From: the human T2T-CHM13v2.0 reference genome, Homo sapiens
Assembly (NCBI RefSeq): GCF_009914755.1
Contig: NC_060928.1
Strand: one strand, 5' to 3'
Length of the DNA stretch: 64,000 nucleotides
Shown here: positions 32,001 through 57,046 of the stretch, piece by piece
How the letters are laid out: every line of letters starts with the position of its first letter
How positions within the stretch are numbered: the stretch's first letter is position 1
The notes under the pieces: generated by a model
The model's database searches: none
The model's input: only the letters and a program-made list of their open reading frames with translations
Told to the model about the DNA's origin: nothing
Program-made: the position numbers and the translations under genes

Positions 32001-33031
32001 GGGGGGTGGAGCTAAGATGGCCGAATAGGAACAGCTCCAGTCTATAGCGCCCAGCATGAGCGACGCAGAAGACAGGTGATTTCTGCATTTCCAACTGAGG
32101 TACCGGGTTCATCTCACTGGGGAGTGCTGGACAGTGGGTGCAGGACAGTGGGTGCAGCGCACCGTGTGTAAGCCGAAGCAGTGCAAGGCATCGCCTCACC
32201 CGGGAAGCACAAGGGGTCAGAGAATTCCCTTTCCTAGTCAAAGAAAGGGGTGACAGACGGCACCCGTAAAATCGGGTCACTCCCACCCTAATACTGTGCT
32301 TTTCCAATGGGCTTATCAAACGGCACACCAGGAGATTATATCCTGCACCTGACTCAGAGGGTCCTACACCCACGGAGCCTCACTCATTGCTAGCACAGCA
32401 GTCTGAGATCAAACTGCAAGGCAGCAGAAAGGCTGGTGGACGGGCGCCCGCCATTGCTGAGGCTTGAGTAGGTAAACAAAGCGGCCAGGAAGCTCCAACT
32501 GGGTGGAGCCCACCACAGCTCAAGGAGGCCTGCCTGCCTCTGTAGGCTCCACCTCTGAGGGCAGGGCACAGACAAACAAAAGACAGCAATAACCTCTGCA
32601 GACTTAAATGTCCCTGTCTGACAGCTTTGAAGAGAGGAGTGGTTCTCCCAGCACGCAGCTTGAGATCTGAGAATGGGCAGACTGCCTCCTCAAGTGGGTC
32701 CCTGACCCCTGAGTAGCCTAACTGGGAGGCACCCCCCAGTAGGGGCGGACTGACACCTCACACGGGGCTGGGTACTCCTCTGAGACAAAACTTCCAGAGG
32801 AACAATCAGGCAGCAGCATTTGCGGTTCACCAATATCCACTGTTCTGCAGCCACCACTGCTGATACCCAGGCAAACAGGGTCTGGAGTGGACCTTCAGTA
32901 AACTCCAACAGACCTGCAGCTGAGGGTCCTGACTGTTAGAAGGAAAACTAACAAACAGAAAGGACATCCACACCAAAAACCCATCTGTAAGTCACCATCA
33001 TCAAAGACCAAAGGTGGATAAAACCACAAAG

Positions 33032-34045
33032 ATGGGGAAAAAACAGAGCAGAAAAACCGGAAACTCTAAAAATCAGAGCGCCTCTCCTCCTCCAAAGGAA
33101 CGCAGCTCCTCACCAGCAACTGAACAAAGCTGGACAGAGAATGACTTTGACGAGTTGAGAGAGGAAGGCTTCAGAAGATCAAACTACTCCAAGCTAAAGG
33201 AGGAAGTTCGAACCAATGGCAAAGAAGTTAAAAACTTTGAAAAAAAATTAAATGAATGGATAACTAGAATAACCAATGTAGAGAAGTCCTTAAAGGACCC
33301 GATGGAGTGAAAACCATGGCACAAGAATTACGCGACGAATCCACAAGCCTCAGTAACCGATGTGATCAACTGGAAGAAAGGGTATCAGCGATGGAAGACG
33401 AAATGAATGAAATGAAGTGTGAAGAGAAGTTTAGAGAAAAAAGAATAAAAAGAAACGAACAAAGCCTCCAAGAAATATGGGACTATGTGAAAAGACCAAA
33501 TCTACGTCTAATTGGTATACCTGAAAGTGACGGGGAGAATGGAACCAAGTTGGAAAACACTCTGCAGGATATTATCCAGGAGAACTTCCCCAATCTAGCA
33601 AGGCAGGCCAACATTCAAATTCAGGAAATACAGAGAATGCCACAAAGATACTCCTCGAGAAGAGCAACTCCAAGACACATAATTGTCAGATTCACCAGTT
33701 GAAATGAAGGAAAAAATGTTAAGTGCAGCCAGAGAGAAAGGTTGGGTTACCCACAAAGGGAAGCCCTTCAGACTAACAGCTGATCTCTTGGCAGGAACTC
33801 TACAAGCCAGAAGAGAGTGGGGGCCAATATTCAACATTCTTAAAGAAAAGAATTTTCAACCCAGAATTTCATATCCAGCCAAACTAAGCTTCATAAGTGA
33901 AGGAGAAATAAAATACTTTACAGACAAGCAAATGCTGAGAGATGTTGTCACCACCAGGCCTTCCCTACAAGAGCTCCTGAAGGAAGCACTAAACATGGAA
34001 AGGAAGAACCGGTACCAGCCACTGCAAAAACATGCCAAATTGTAA
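33032..34045 (+). pseudogene. L1 ORF1p, frameshifted
   Basis: MGKKQSRKTG...QKHAKL split over three frames, with shifts near 33307 and 33698. Confidence 0.93.
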
Positions 34046-34108
34046 AGACCATCAAGGCTAGGAAGAAACTGCATCAACTAATGGGCAAAATAACCAGCTA
34101 ACATCATA

Positions 34109-37926
<3,818 letters not shown>

Positions 37927-38688
37927 ACAATGAGAACACATAGACACAGGAAGGGGAACATCACACACCAGGGCCTGTTGTGGGGTGGGGGGAGGGGGGA
38001 GGGATAGCATTAGGTGATATACCTAATGCTAAATGACGAGTTAATGGGTGCAGCACACCAACATGGCACATGTATACATAGATAACAAACCTGCACGTTG
38101 TGCACATGTACCCTAAAACTTAAAGTATAATAATAAAAAATAATAAAAAAAAATTAAAAAATTTTTTAAAGAAGTGTAACTTTCTATAGCCTCTGGAAAT
38201 TAACTTAGAAATATCTATTAAGGAACTTTTAAAGGAGATTTAATACCCTTTTAAATACTTTTAGAAAAGTAACCTTAGGAAATAGAGATATACACTGAAT
38301 GTCTTGTTGAAATGGAGCTGAGAGCTGGTCAGGAACTGAAGAGGGGTCCTGAGCTCTATCTAGAGGTCAACACTAAAGTTTGAGCTTTGTGACTAAGGAT
38401 ATATAAAGGTTTTATATATCAACATTAAGCTGTATCTATAATTGTGAAAAAAATCTACATTTTCTATATTACTATTATAATCTTCCTACTTAAAAGGAAA
38501 AAAACAGTAAAATGTTTAAAAATATATAGCTTTGATTCAGATGGGAAAATACAATTTAATATTGATATTTTACTGTTCATTTATCAAATTCCTAAACAGA
38601 ACATTTTAGTGGGATGGTTCCTGGTATTTTTCTGATAAAGGAAAAAGAAGTTCAGGAAAAATAAGCAGTCACCATCAATAAAATTTAA

Positions 38689-38916
<228 letters not shown>

Positions 38917-39069
38917 TAACATAATACATTAATATTTTTGGACTTTCAAAAACTAACCATAAAAGTAAGCCTCTGCCTTCTATCATCAAATATATTAATT
39001 CAAAAGGAATATTTAGTCTTTATTTTTTTATCAGGTCTAAGCGTTTAAATTCAAAGGCTGTCGTGGTCA

Positions 39070-39445
<376 letters not shown>

Positions 39446-39505
39446 TTAAATGGTTTCTCCTGGTTGAAAAATTTTGTAAATCACAAATTTATATTAAGAG
39501 TCTAG

Positions 39506-39721
<216 letters not shown>

Positions 39722-41457
39722 TAATTATCAGATTGGTATACATACAAGAATGCGCCTGGTGTAAATGTTTACCATTTATACATAGACACACATGTATCTA
39801 TGTTATGTGTTGGATTTGAAGATCCCTGCTACTTCAAGGTGAGATGGTATTATTAAAAAGGACTATTTTCAAAAATTAAGGGTTTTTCTGTGTGAATTCC
39901 AAGAGAGGCTAGATTTCCCAAATCCTGCTATTTATCAGCCAGTAGTAAATCAAAGATTTCAAAATGAAGGTGATAGGAAATGCAAGATGATTTTTGAAAA
40001 TGTAAATATTTTCATTAAAAAATTGAGTTACAAATTAAGAAAAATGCTTACTTTGGTGAACAGTGATATACACAAGATGTGTTTTTCAAAGATTTGGACA
40101 GTCCAAAGGATAATTTGATATTCTGAGAATGCCTGTTTAGAGGTTTTCTTCTCATGTTTGCAATTATTTTTAGAAACTACTGAAATAATTTTCAGATTTT
40201 CATTTCATGGACCATACATAATGTTATTTGTGTTTTGTTTTGTTTTCTTATTGTGCTAAAATATATATAATATAAAATTTCCATTTAAAAGTGTATAATT
40301 TGGTACATTCATTCACGTTGTTATGCAGCCATCACCACTGTCCATCTCTAGAACTTTTTCATCATCCCAGACTGTCCCTGTACCCGTTAAATAATAATTC
40401 CCCATTGCCCTCTTTCCCCCAGACCCTGGTAACCATGATTTTACTTTCTGTATCTGTGAATTTGACTATTCATGGTACCTCGTATAAGTGGAATCATAAA
40501 ATATTTGTTCTTTTTGTGTTATTCTGTTTTTTAAAATCCACGAAATGACCATAAGAATTGATGTTAGGATTCACAAGAAAATATTTATTTCAGTCTTCAA
40601 GGAAACAAATTAATTAGGTAAAAGCTTCTTGGGATGCTTTGGCTTCCCAAATGACTTCTTGCAAAGTCATTAAGATAATTAGAGAAAACAGAGTTAAAAA
40701 AAAGAAAAGGAGTACAGATAGGCAACTTTAGAATTGCCAATGTTTAACTTGACAGATGACATTTCTGTCCTAACATTACTACCACCATTTCACTAAAGCA
40801 GTTTTTCTAAGTTTGTAAGAATATGGTTTGTCTTATATAAGATGTGTATATTGGTGGGGGGTGTGTGGGCCTCCTCCCACCTTCAAAACACACACATACT
40901 TTTCCCCACTTTGCTTTATGCCTTTCTCTTATAAACTCCCTCTTCCTCCAGCTGGAGGCGCAGCATTGTTGTTATACTTTAGTATTCTATTGGGCCCCAA
41001 CTCCCACGGGTAAATGTAAACAATGAGTTGGAATTCCAGTAGCTTTTGGGGTCCTTCTTCCTCTATGCTTAATATATTTAAGCCCCAAGCCAAAGGAAAG
41101 ACAGTCATATCTTTAACCAGCATCTACTGGCTACTTGAATGTCATCTTCCCTACTTGTCTGACAAATATACAGACTATTGTTTAAACCAGGCATTGCTGA
41201 GAGGTATGCATTCCATTTGTATTACTAACAAAAACCTTGTAATTTCCTCTCCTGGTTCACATTTAGAGTTAAAAAAAAAAGATGGAACAGAGTTACTATT
41301 TGGAGTAATTGTGATAAGTATGTTTTGTGATGAAAACAGACATTAATAATTACATTGATGTTTGCTGTTAAGAGTTTTTAATCACCTATTTTTAGATTTT
41401 ATTTTCAGGTTAGCAATAAAAGGTAAACAAATTTTGCTCAGATATTTTACTCAGTAA

Positions 41458-41610
<153 letters not shown>

Positions 41611-41618
41611 TGACTCCG

Positions 41619-41682
41619 CAGGAATAATTGTAGGAAATATACGTAAATGCCAGGAATAATTGTAGGAAATATATGTAAATGC
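41619..41682. repeat. 32-bp tandem duplication
   Basis: CAGGAATAATTGTAGGAAATATAYGTAAATGC x2. Confidence 0.95.
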
Positions 41683-43096
41683 CAGTAACTCCCACTCAGA
41701 TTTGAAATCTCAGAGCTAACTCTGAAATATTCCTCTCCCTCCCACACCCAGTCACAACCTTCCTTCGTAATACCTCTCACATCTGTCACTTTCATTCTAA
41801 CTACTGTCAGCTCAATCCAGGCCCAGATGACCTTGCTTCTGATTATTGCAGTAGTTTCTTATTTTTCCTGTTTTTAGTTTGTCCGCCTTTAGAGTTTGTC
41901 ATCCTTCACTTTGTTCCCCAAATAATAGTTGCTTTCACTGTTACAGAGCCCCTTGGCCTAAGGCAGGGGTTACAGTGTCCAAAGAAGGGACATCATAAGT
42001 GAAGCTATGGGGTAAAGCTGCGCTTTGTTCATGTGACAGGGTAGGGACTACTGAATGGCACATGTCTTAAGAAGCCAGCTGTTTCTCACCTCCATAAAGT
42101 TGTTGTCATTTAGGAATCCAGGCCCTGTAGTGCCAGATCATACGATTTTTTCAAGAGAAACGGAAGCTTGGGGCTGCCAGTTTTGAAATATGTGCCCCAA
42201 TATTTATAGAATACCTCACTGGCCAAAAAAAACATGTCTGTGTGTGAATTCAGCCTACAGGCCACCACCAACTTGTTGTTGCTGGCCTCTTAGATAAAGT
42301 CCAAACTCCTTAGCTGGCACTTAAGAGAAATTTCCATAGTTTGACCAACCAGCCAGAACTCCCTAATCTGGCACCCAGCTGTTTCCATGGAAGAGTCCCA
42401 CACTCCTCTAACAGCCAGGCCTTCATCCATCCTGTTCTCCATCTGGGTTCCTCTCTGCTCTCTACACCACCTACCACAAACCTATTTGTCCTTCAAGTGA
42501 CACCTTCAGGATCATCTCCATGCAAAACCATCTTTTCTTCCTCAGAGCACCTATTAAAAAAAAACACTAACAATCCAGTCCATTTGTCTTTTTATAGTTG
42601 TAAATTTCTTCCTAAGTGTGGTGTTACGGTGTTCAGGAATTAGACAATTATAACTTAAAATAATCGGTCTCATATTATCATCATATCACACAGATCTTCT
42701 TAGCAAGACTGTACATAACACAGAAAATAGGGGCCGTGCCATACCATTCCTGGTATTCTCCATGGGATCTAGCAAAGTCCCACACACATAGTAGCAGGTT
42801 GTCAGTAACTATTTGTTGAAAGAATAAATGAATGAAAATAATTAAATCTTCCTACTGAAAAGGGCACATTTTGCCTTTTCATTTCATCAGGACTAGATTC
42901 TTCAGAGGGTTAACTGGGTCCTTCCATTTTTTAAACTATATCCAGCTTTTAAGGACATATTTAAGATCCAACACCATGCAAGCCCCTGGTTGAGATGAAG
43001 ATACTTTCACAGACTGTAATTACTTTGTGTTAAAGCTGTGTGAAAGCTTTGTTTTCCCTAATGTGAAAACATTCTGAAAATTTTTAATTGCTGTAA

Positions 43097-45500
<2,404 letters not shown>

Positions 45501-45950
45501 ATTCCTTGATATTGTCAGCTATCTAGTTAGGGTTTGAATTTCTTCAACTCTTGCATAAATGCTTTCATACAGTTTTTAGTTCACCTCAGTATCAAGACAA
45601 GGCTCATGTATTACATTTAGTTTATATGGGCCTTAAGTCTCTTTTCATCTCCCTTCCCCTCCCTTATTCTCTCCTTCTCTCTCTCTCTCTCTTCAACTCT
45701 ATATCTCCTAAACACCGCCCCCACACGCATACTTGCTATTTATTTGTTAAGAAAATGGGTCATTTATCCTGAGGAATTTCTGACATTTTGATTTAGCTAA
45801 TTACATCCTTGTGGTATAATTTCCCTGTATTTCCCACTAACTAGTAGTTAAATCTAGATACTTGATCAGATATGGATGATATTTCTGTAAAAACAACTTC
45901 ATAGATGGTACCGTGTACTTCCTATTCTCATCACAGCAGTAGGGCCACAT

Positions 45951-46953
<1,003 letters not shown>

Positions 46954-47870
46954 TAGGTGTGGTCAGCCTGATCAATCTATGATAAGCTTTCCCATCAACT
47001 TTTCACCTAATGATCTCAGCAACCATTGATGATTATTACTTAGATTGGGGTGTCCAATCTTTTGACTTCCCTAGGCCACATTGGAAGAAGAAGAAGACGA
47101 CTTGCCTTTAATTAATAAGTCCAGAAGGGCTCTGATTTGGGTAGTTCAAGTGTCCATTGCAGGTTTAATCAACTGGTGGCCACAGGGATGGAATATCATG
47201 CCTGGGCAAATTGGGTCAAATTCCCACCACTAGACAAAGTTCAGTAGCCATGGAGATGGGGTCTGTTAAGACATGGAATTTCCACTAGAACTCCATGGTT
47301 GAAGTGAAGTAGAAGCATCTCTCAGAAGAGCTGAAGGAATGAATATTAGACAAAATTATGGATGTCCCTTGCAGCTGTCAAATTTCTCTCCTTTCATTAG
47401 TATTCTGTAATCCCACAGTACTTTCTCATTGTTGTGTTTCTAATGGACTTTGTTAAATTTTATTAAGGCCAAGGACATGTAGTGAGTGAAACCAACATAT
47501 TTGTACTTATTGCTGGGATTACTTCATTCAGACAAGTCCATTCTGAATTTTACTACTGGATTTTTTTTTCAAGTGCAGCTGCAAGTCATTTTATTCTCAA
47601 GCTGCAAAACCTATAGTGGCTCCCCATTGCCTCCACAATTCATTCCCAAATTATCCTTCATGGATCATAAAATATTAGAAATACCTGGAAGTGAACCAGT
47701 CTAACCTTCTTCACTTTACTGATGGGGAAACTGAGGTGCCAGAAGATGATATGACTAACCTACAGACACCCAGATAGAAAGTAATTGATCTGGGACTAAA
47801 ACCAAAGCTTCCTTTCCTTCCCACTTACCTCTTACACTCCTCTTAGGTCAGCAGCCTGTGCTACAACTAA

Positions 47871-48182
<312 letters not shown>

Positions 48183-49159
48183 TGAATAGTTCAGGGCTCC
48201 GCTTCCTTCGTTCCTTCACTCTTGCTCCTTACACCTAAAACACCCCTCCCGCTGCACCTCTGCATCTCATACCCCTACCCAATAAGCCTTTCCTAAACTG
48301 TCCTCGGGATGAAATTTCACCCTCCCTAGAATGGTCTAAGCACTTTGAATGTCACTTATTGCTATAGTAAGTCCCTTCAGATTTACAAGTTCCTCAAGGT
48401 CCGGAACCCATCTCTTCAAGAGAGTGTTTAGCACATGGCAGTCACTCAGTATTTGTTGAATTGAGCACATGTTGGTCCCCAGCTCAGTGAAAACAGATGA
48501 TACAAGTTTCCTTCCCAATCCTCCATTTCTTTCTTTCTTGGGGACCTTCCCCTGGGGAAAAAAAAAATCACTTTTACTCGTGACTTGCATTTTCTCACAA
48601 TCTGTGTGCTCTTTCACCTGGTGATTCGCAGCCAGAAGCCACACCCCTGAGTTACTGGGTACATCGTCAAAATGCTTGTGCTTCACCCACCCCCACCCAC
48701 CCCCAATCCTCAACACCTCAAGGCTCTGAAATGCCTCCTTGGTTTATGGAGGGGGAAGGGAAGTACGAGGCCCCTCACTGGGAGATGATGGGGAAGGTGG
48801 GGCTCACTGGTGTCCCTCAGGTGAGTTGGGAGAGTCCTCCTTACCTCCTTGCACTCAGCTTCTGCCTTCCCCACTCCATGAACTTGCTTGAAAAGGTCCC
48901 CACAGATCTCTCACTTGCTAAATATAGAAGTCTCGTCTCAGTCTTCACCCTACTCCATGTTACGGTCACATTTTACCCTATTATACTACGTCTTTCTGGA
49001 CATTTTTCCCCTCAGAACACTGCATCTTCTGTTCTCCACTTCCTTCTCAGATGGTCCCTTCTCAGCCTCCTTCCCTGGCCCCTCTGCCCCTTCAATGCCA
49101 GTGCCCCTCAGCATTCCATCCGCACCCTGCCGTGAGTTGCCTTTGCCTGGCCACATCTA

Positions 49160-49572
<413 letters not shown>

Positions 49573-50545
49573 CTACTGAGTGCTGACCCTAGCAGTGGAG
49601 TAGCCACATTTTGCATATGTAATAGTGAAAATTACTTATTGCTTCTCTGAAATTTAAATTTAACTGGGAATCCTGTATTTTTATTGTCTGTATTTGACAG
49701 TCCTATCTACTTGGCACCTGTCCAAGCCCTGTACATGTATTGACTTATTTAATCCTCACAACAGTTCTGTGAGTTAGGTGCTATTATTGCCCATATTGAG
49801 GCCCCAAGAGTAATCTGCCCACGATCACATGGGTCTCAAGTAGTGTCACTAAATTGACCTCCAGCAGGCTGGCTCCAGAGCCTTTGCTTTAACCATTTCT
49901 CTGTCCTGGCTTATTCACCCAAAGCCATCCACAGAAGCCATCAAGAGAACAAGCTCTCATTTATGTACCAACGTCCCTGCTTTACCGAAGTGGCAAGAGC
50001 AGAGGTGACACAGATTGGTGAAAGCCTAGCTTTTTCCCCTGACGATGACCACAGGCAGGGCAGTGTGCAGAAATCCTGCAGCCTGAGAGCCTCTGCACCT
50101 GCAGGTTCAGGGTCATCTCTTTATTACTCAAGTCTACTGATTGCATCCTTCCTCTGCCAGACAGATAACTTGCAGACTTGTCCTCATACCTCCCCTGAGG
50201 TGTAGCAAGCAAGGCCATGTGTGGCTGAGTCCCCAGTGATCATCTCCTCCATTTTCCAGTGGCTTTTCTCATTGTAATGTCATTACCATGACAAGACTGT
50301 TCAGTGTTCCTTCCCCTAAGCTGAGCTCCAGGTGTGTTTTTGGCTCACCCCTTTTTAATAGACACACAATTCTGAAGCCTCCTAATTTTGTCAGTAATTC
50401 CCTAGTGCCTCCCCTAAATTCCTGACCTCACACATTCTGTTCCTATTAAACTCATACATGCCCATCCTGCAATGTGGTACATTATTTTTCCTGCTCAACA
50501 CCACCCAATACTTCAGTGATTTAACTCGCCTTTATGGAGATGACG

Positions 50546-50856
<311 letters not shown>

Positions 50857-51116
50857 TAAGTAAAGATTTCTAAGCCAGCCTTCCCTCCAGAACCCCACCC
50901 ATGTTTCAGCTGCTTGCTCTTGTCCAGGCTCCCCTGGCTGGGACCCTCACTTCTTTACACTTTCAATGACATGTAGTCATGCGCAAGTACATTTCCTCAG
51001 GGAGCCGCTGCAGAGGAGGGCCCCTGGAATGATACCGTTGTGTCAGTGCTTGTGCTTAAGATGCTGTCCTCAAGGTGTCATAGTCATTTAAGAAAGTTTT
51101 TATTAAAACATCCAAG

Positions 51117-51473
<357 letters not shown>

Positions 51474-51647
51474 CTAAGAAAAAGCTTCTAAGGATGGATT
51501 TTTATTAATGGAGACTCTAGCAACAAATGAAGAAAGGCCCTGATCCTATGTCATATTTCAGGCACTTTACTATAGATACTATTAATGTTTTTTATTCCAT
51601 CTCCCTAAGCAGAAGATTGTCTTTTTCTCCACTCTTGCTCGGTTTAA

Positions 51648-51851
<204 letters not shown>

Positions 51852-51898
51852 TAGACATGAAAAATTTTCTCTCTGCCAGTAGTGTAGATCATCTAGAC

Positions 51899-52122
51899 CA
51901 GGAGCGTCCAATCTTTTTGCTTCCCTGGGTCACATTGGAAGAAGAAGAATTGTCTTGGGCCACACATAAAATACACTAACACTAACAATAGCTGATGAGT
52001 TTAAAAAAAAAATCGCAAAAAAAACTCATAATGTTTTAAGAAAGTTTACAAATTTGTGTTGGACTGCATTCAATGCTGTCCAGGGCCACATGTGGCCTGC
52101 AGGCTGTGGGTTGGACAAGTTG
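51899..52122 (+). mobile_element. MER30-like hAT MITE
   Basis: Perfect 8-bp TSD ATCTAGAC at 51891 and 52123; GTCCAA/TTGGAC termini. Confidence 0.85.
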
Positions 52123-52425
52123 ATCTAGACAGACCCTGCGTTTTGGAGGATAACGTATATTCACTCTTTAAAATTGGCTTTGCCACCTATGAGATAGCCA
52201 TGCCCCTCTAGATAACAATCCTCACCACATACAATTTTTCTCAAATGTTATAATTTTGTTTATTCTAGGAACTATGAAAAAAGATCACTGATGTTGCAAC
52301 TATGACCTAGCATTCATCTCTAAAACTCAGAGGGTGCTTTGTTTACATTTCAAAAATTATGGAAGTTAACAAAAATCAGATTAAGCATAAAGGTAGTTCT
52401 CTATAACATAAAATAGAAATAAATT

Positions 52426-52760
<335 letters not shown>

Positions 52761-53603
52761 TCACTGTGGCTTCCTACAGAACGTCCATCTTCTCCCAGTC
52801 CTGGTGAGGAGAGACCCACACACCTTTGAGAATGCCCCAGACCTCCTTCCCCTTTGCTTTATGTTCAAGGAGATTTGCTGGTGAAGAACTCAAGTCACTG
52901 ATTGGAAACGAGGGCAATAGAATGTCACAGCTGGAGAGGACCGTAGTGGTCCCTGAGTCCATTTTCTGCATCTTACAGATAAAGCCACAGAGACCCAGAG
53001 CAGCTCAGTTAACTTGCCAAAGGATACAGGCCCTTCAACTGCTCCAGCCACCTCCCATGGTGTCCACTTATTCCAATAATTTGAAAACCAGCGTCAGATG
53101 CTCGCAGCTGTCTAGAGTTGGAATAGGAATGGAAAATGGCCAAAGGCCAAAGAAAATGTTATAGGTCAGAGAAAATTGATATGCATATAAAAATTATGGA
53201 AAGTTTGCAAAGTTCATATATCATGTAAGAATATATTTTGTTTCCAAGTACATGAGAAATACTCTGTGGAGTAGGGTCAGGAATAGACTCAGATCCTGTG
53301 GTTCAAATCCTGACTGGCCCCCTCCTGTTGTTTCAGCTTCTTATCTGTGAAATCGGGATAACAATAGTGCCTTCTTCCTAGGGTGGGTATGAGGATTTAA
53401 ATGCATTAGTATTTCTCAAGTACTTAGAATACCACCTGGCCATATTGAGCTCTGAATAAATGTTTAATAAATAAACGAATTCTTTATTCATTGAGTTTTT
53501 AAAGCAATATCAATTCTCAGTTACTGGCAGATGAATGTGATTCTAACTGCAATACAAAAATGTAATCTCCCCTTAGCTAATGAAGAAAGTAATGTTTCTA
53601 TAA

Positions 53604-53795
<192 letters not shown>

Positions 53796-55174
53796 TAGCC
53801 CCTACGTTTGTAACATAGGCTTGCTTTGAACCCAAAAGACTAAAGAGATGACCATTTCTAGGTTTCAGAGGGGTTAAACAATGTACTATCCCAGGAGACT
53901 GTATAAATGTAAGAGACTAAGACCATCTCTTGTCAAGTGCTATTTCCTCTCCCCCACAACCTCAGAGGTTCTGTCTCATGAATGATGTCTCCTCTCACCC
54001 CTCCAGCCCACAACCCCCTTCCTACAGTCTCACGGCATTTTCTTTCCATTCCCTGTGTTTGGCCTTAACAATATGAGACATTAGGCGATGGAGGGTAATG
54101 ATGCGGTGCTGTTACAGACCTAGTTCTTTATAATATGCAGAGGCTTGATAGACTCTTCAGGATGGTTCTGCTCACATGTGCTCTGTCAATACTTATTGAG
54201 TGAGTAAGAGGATTAGTCTGATATCTTCATTAATTTTTATGAGCTGATCTTCTTAAATCTTTATAAATGTGGACACAATTTTGGAAAATATGCAGTCAAA
54301 TAAGTCATTACTTTATTCAGCTTACGTTGATCTAACAACACCTTCTTCCTGTCAGATGCGTGCTAGGAGCTCAGGATACAGAGAGAACTGAGCCACAGTT
54401 CAACCCTCAAGGTCATGATTTGATGGGAGAGACAGAAAGTAAATTCAGAGTTGGACGGGATGACAAGTGCCAGACTAGAAAGAGAAATAGGCTGAAAAGG
54501 CACAATTAAAATAAGAGCGACTGCTGGGTTACCCACAGCATCCTGAAGGTTGGGGTAGGGAGAGTTGGAGGATGGAGACGAGAGAAGGCAATGAAAGCTT
54601 TAGCTGAGTTTTGAAAGGATGGGGGAGCAGGTGACGAGGGGAGTGGAGGTTGCTGGGAGCCAGAGTGCTGGGATTTGGGGAAATGGGGAGGTGGGGAAGT
54701 GCTGGGATGAGGAAAAGTGCTGGCAAGGCTGCAGCATTTACACACCTGGAGAAGAAAGGGAGGGAAAATCAGGCCAGAAAGGAGCGCAGAGGCCGATCCT
54801 GAAGGGCACAAGTCCTCTGCTCAGGAATTTGCACTTCCAGGCGTGAGTGGCGCCATTGGAGGGTTTTATGCAGGGGTGTGACCTTGAGTTGTTTGGGTGT
54901 GGATCAAGGCTTGAGGGTTTTGAAGGCATACTCTGACATCAGATGTGGGCCCAGAGCAATCCTGATGAGCACTACAGCAGAAGGAAATGATGAGAAGCAT
55001 TCACAGTAGGCATGGGAAGGGAGGCTGGAATTGGGAGACTGAGAGTTATACTCAGAACTCCATGGCCTGGTGGACTTCAGGGCCAGGGGGGTGCCCTGAG
55101 GAAGAGTAAGACATCAAGGAGGACACCACCATTTTTCACCAGAGCAACTGGCTAGATGTTCATAACATCAATTA

Positions 55175-55447
<273 letters not shown>

Positions 55448-55574
55448 AAATAGGAAATCTGCTGAGTTGCTTTGAATAAGACATTATTAAGAGATTACTA
55501 ATAACAAGATTAACAAAATCCACTAGTAAGATGGGGGTCCATAGAATGTCCTCAGATGTCACCCTTTGCAGTAA

Positions 55575-55739
<165 letters not shown>

Positions 55740-55895
55740 TGACTTGGGACATAACCTGCCAGGTGTTTGTCCCCCATTGAGATTTTCTCCAGGCCCTTCT
55801 CCATTGGATTCGAGTGATTGTCTAGATGTCTGTATTGTTAAGTAACAAAACAAGATACAGAACATATCTACAATACGCTGCTTTGTGTGGAATGA

Positions 55896-56356
<461 letters not shown>

Positions 56357-56456
56357 TAGATTTACTTAAAACATCTTTCTTTATGCAAAACTTGTTAGTT
56401 TATTTATTCTGTTAGTGGATTTCATAAAATTCCACTGTTTTGTAAATATTGTTTAG

Positions 56457-56879
<423 letters not shown>

Positions 56880-57046
56880 TAATAGTGTTGTATATATTCT
56901 TTGTACTTCTATAAATGCATGTTTTTTACCAAATTGGGATTATGTTTAGTTGTGTATATTCTGTTTTTTAAATCAGTAATTATCAATACAAACAAAAATA
57001 GATCCTGCAAACATCAAGTACTTGTATGTATAATTTACGTAAATGA

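Noticed and set aside
37982-38003. G-quadruplex-forming G-run
   Set aside because: Standard feature of primate L1 3'UTRs
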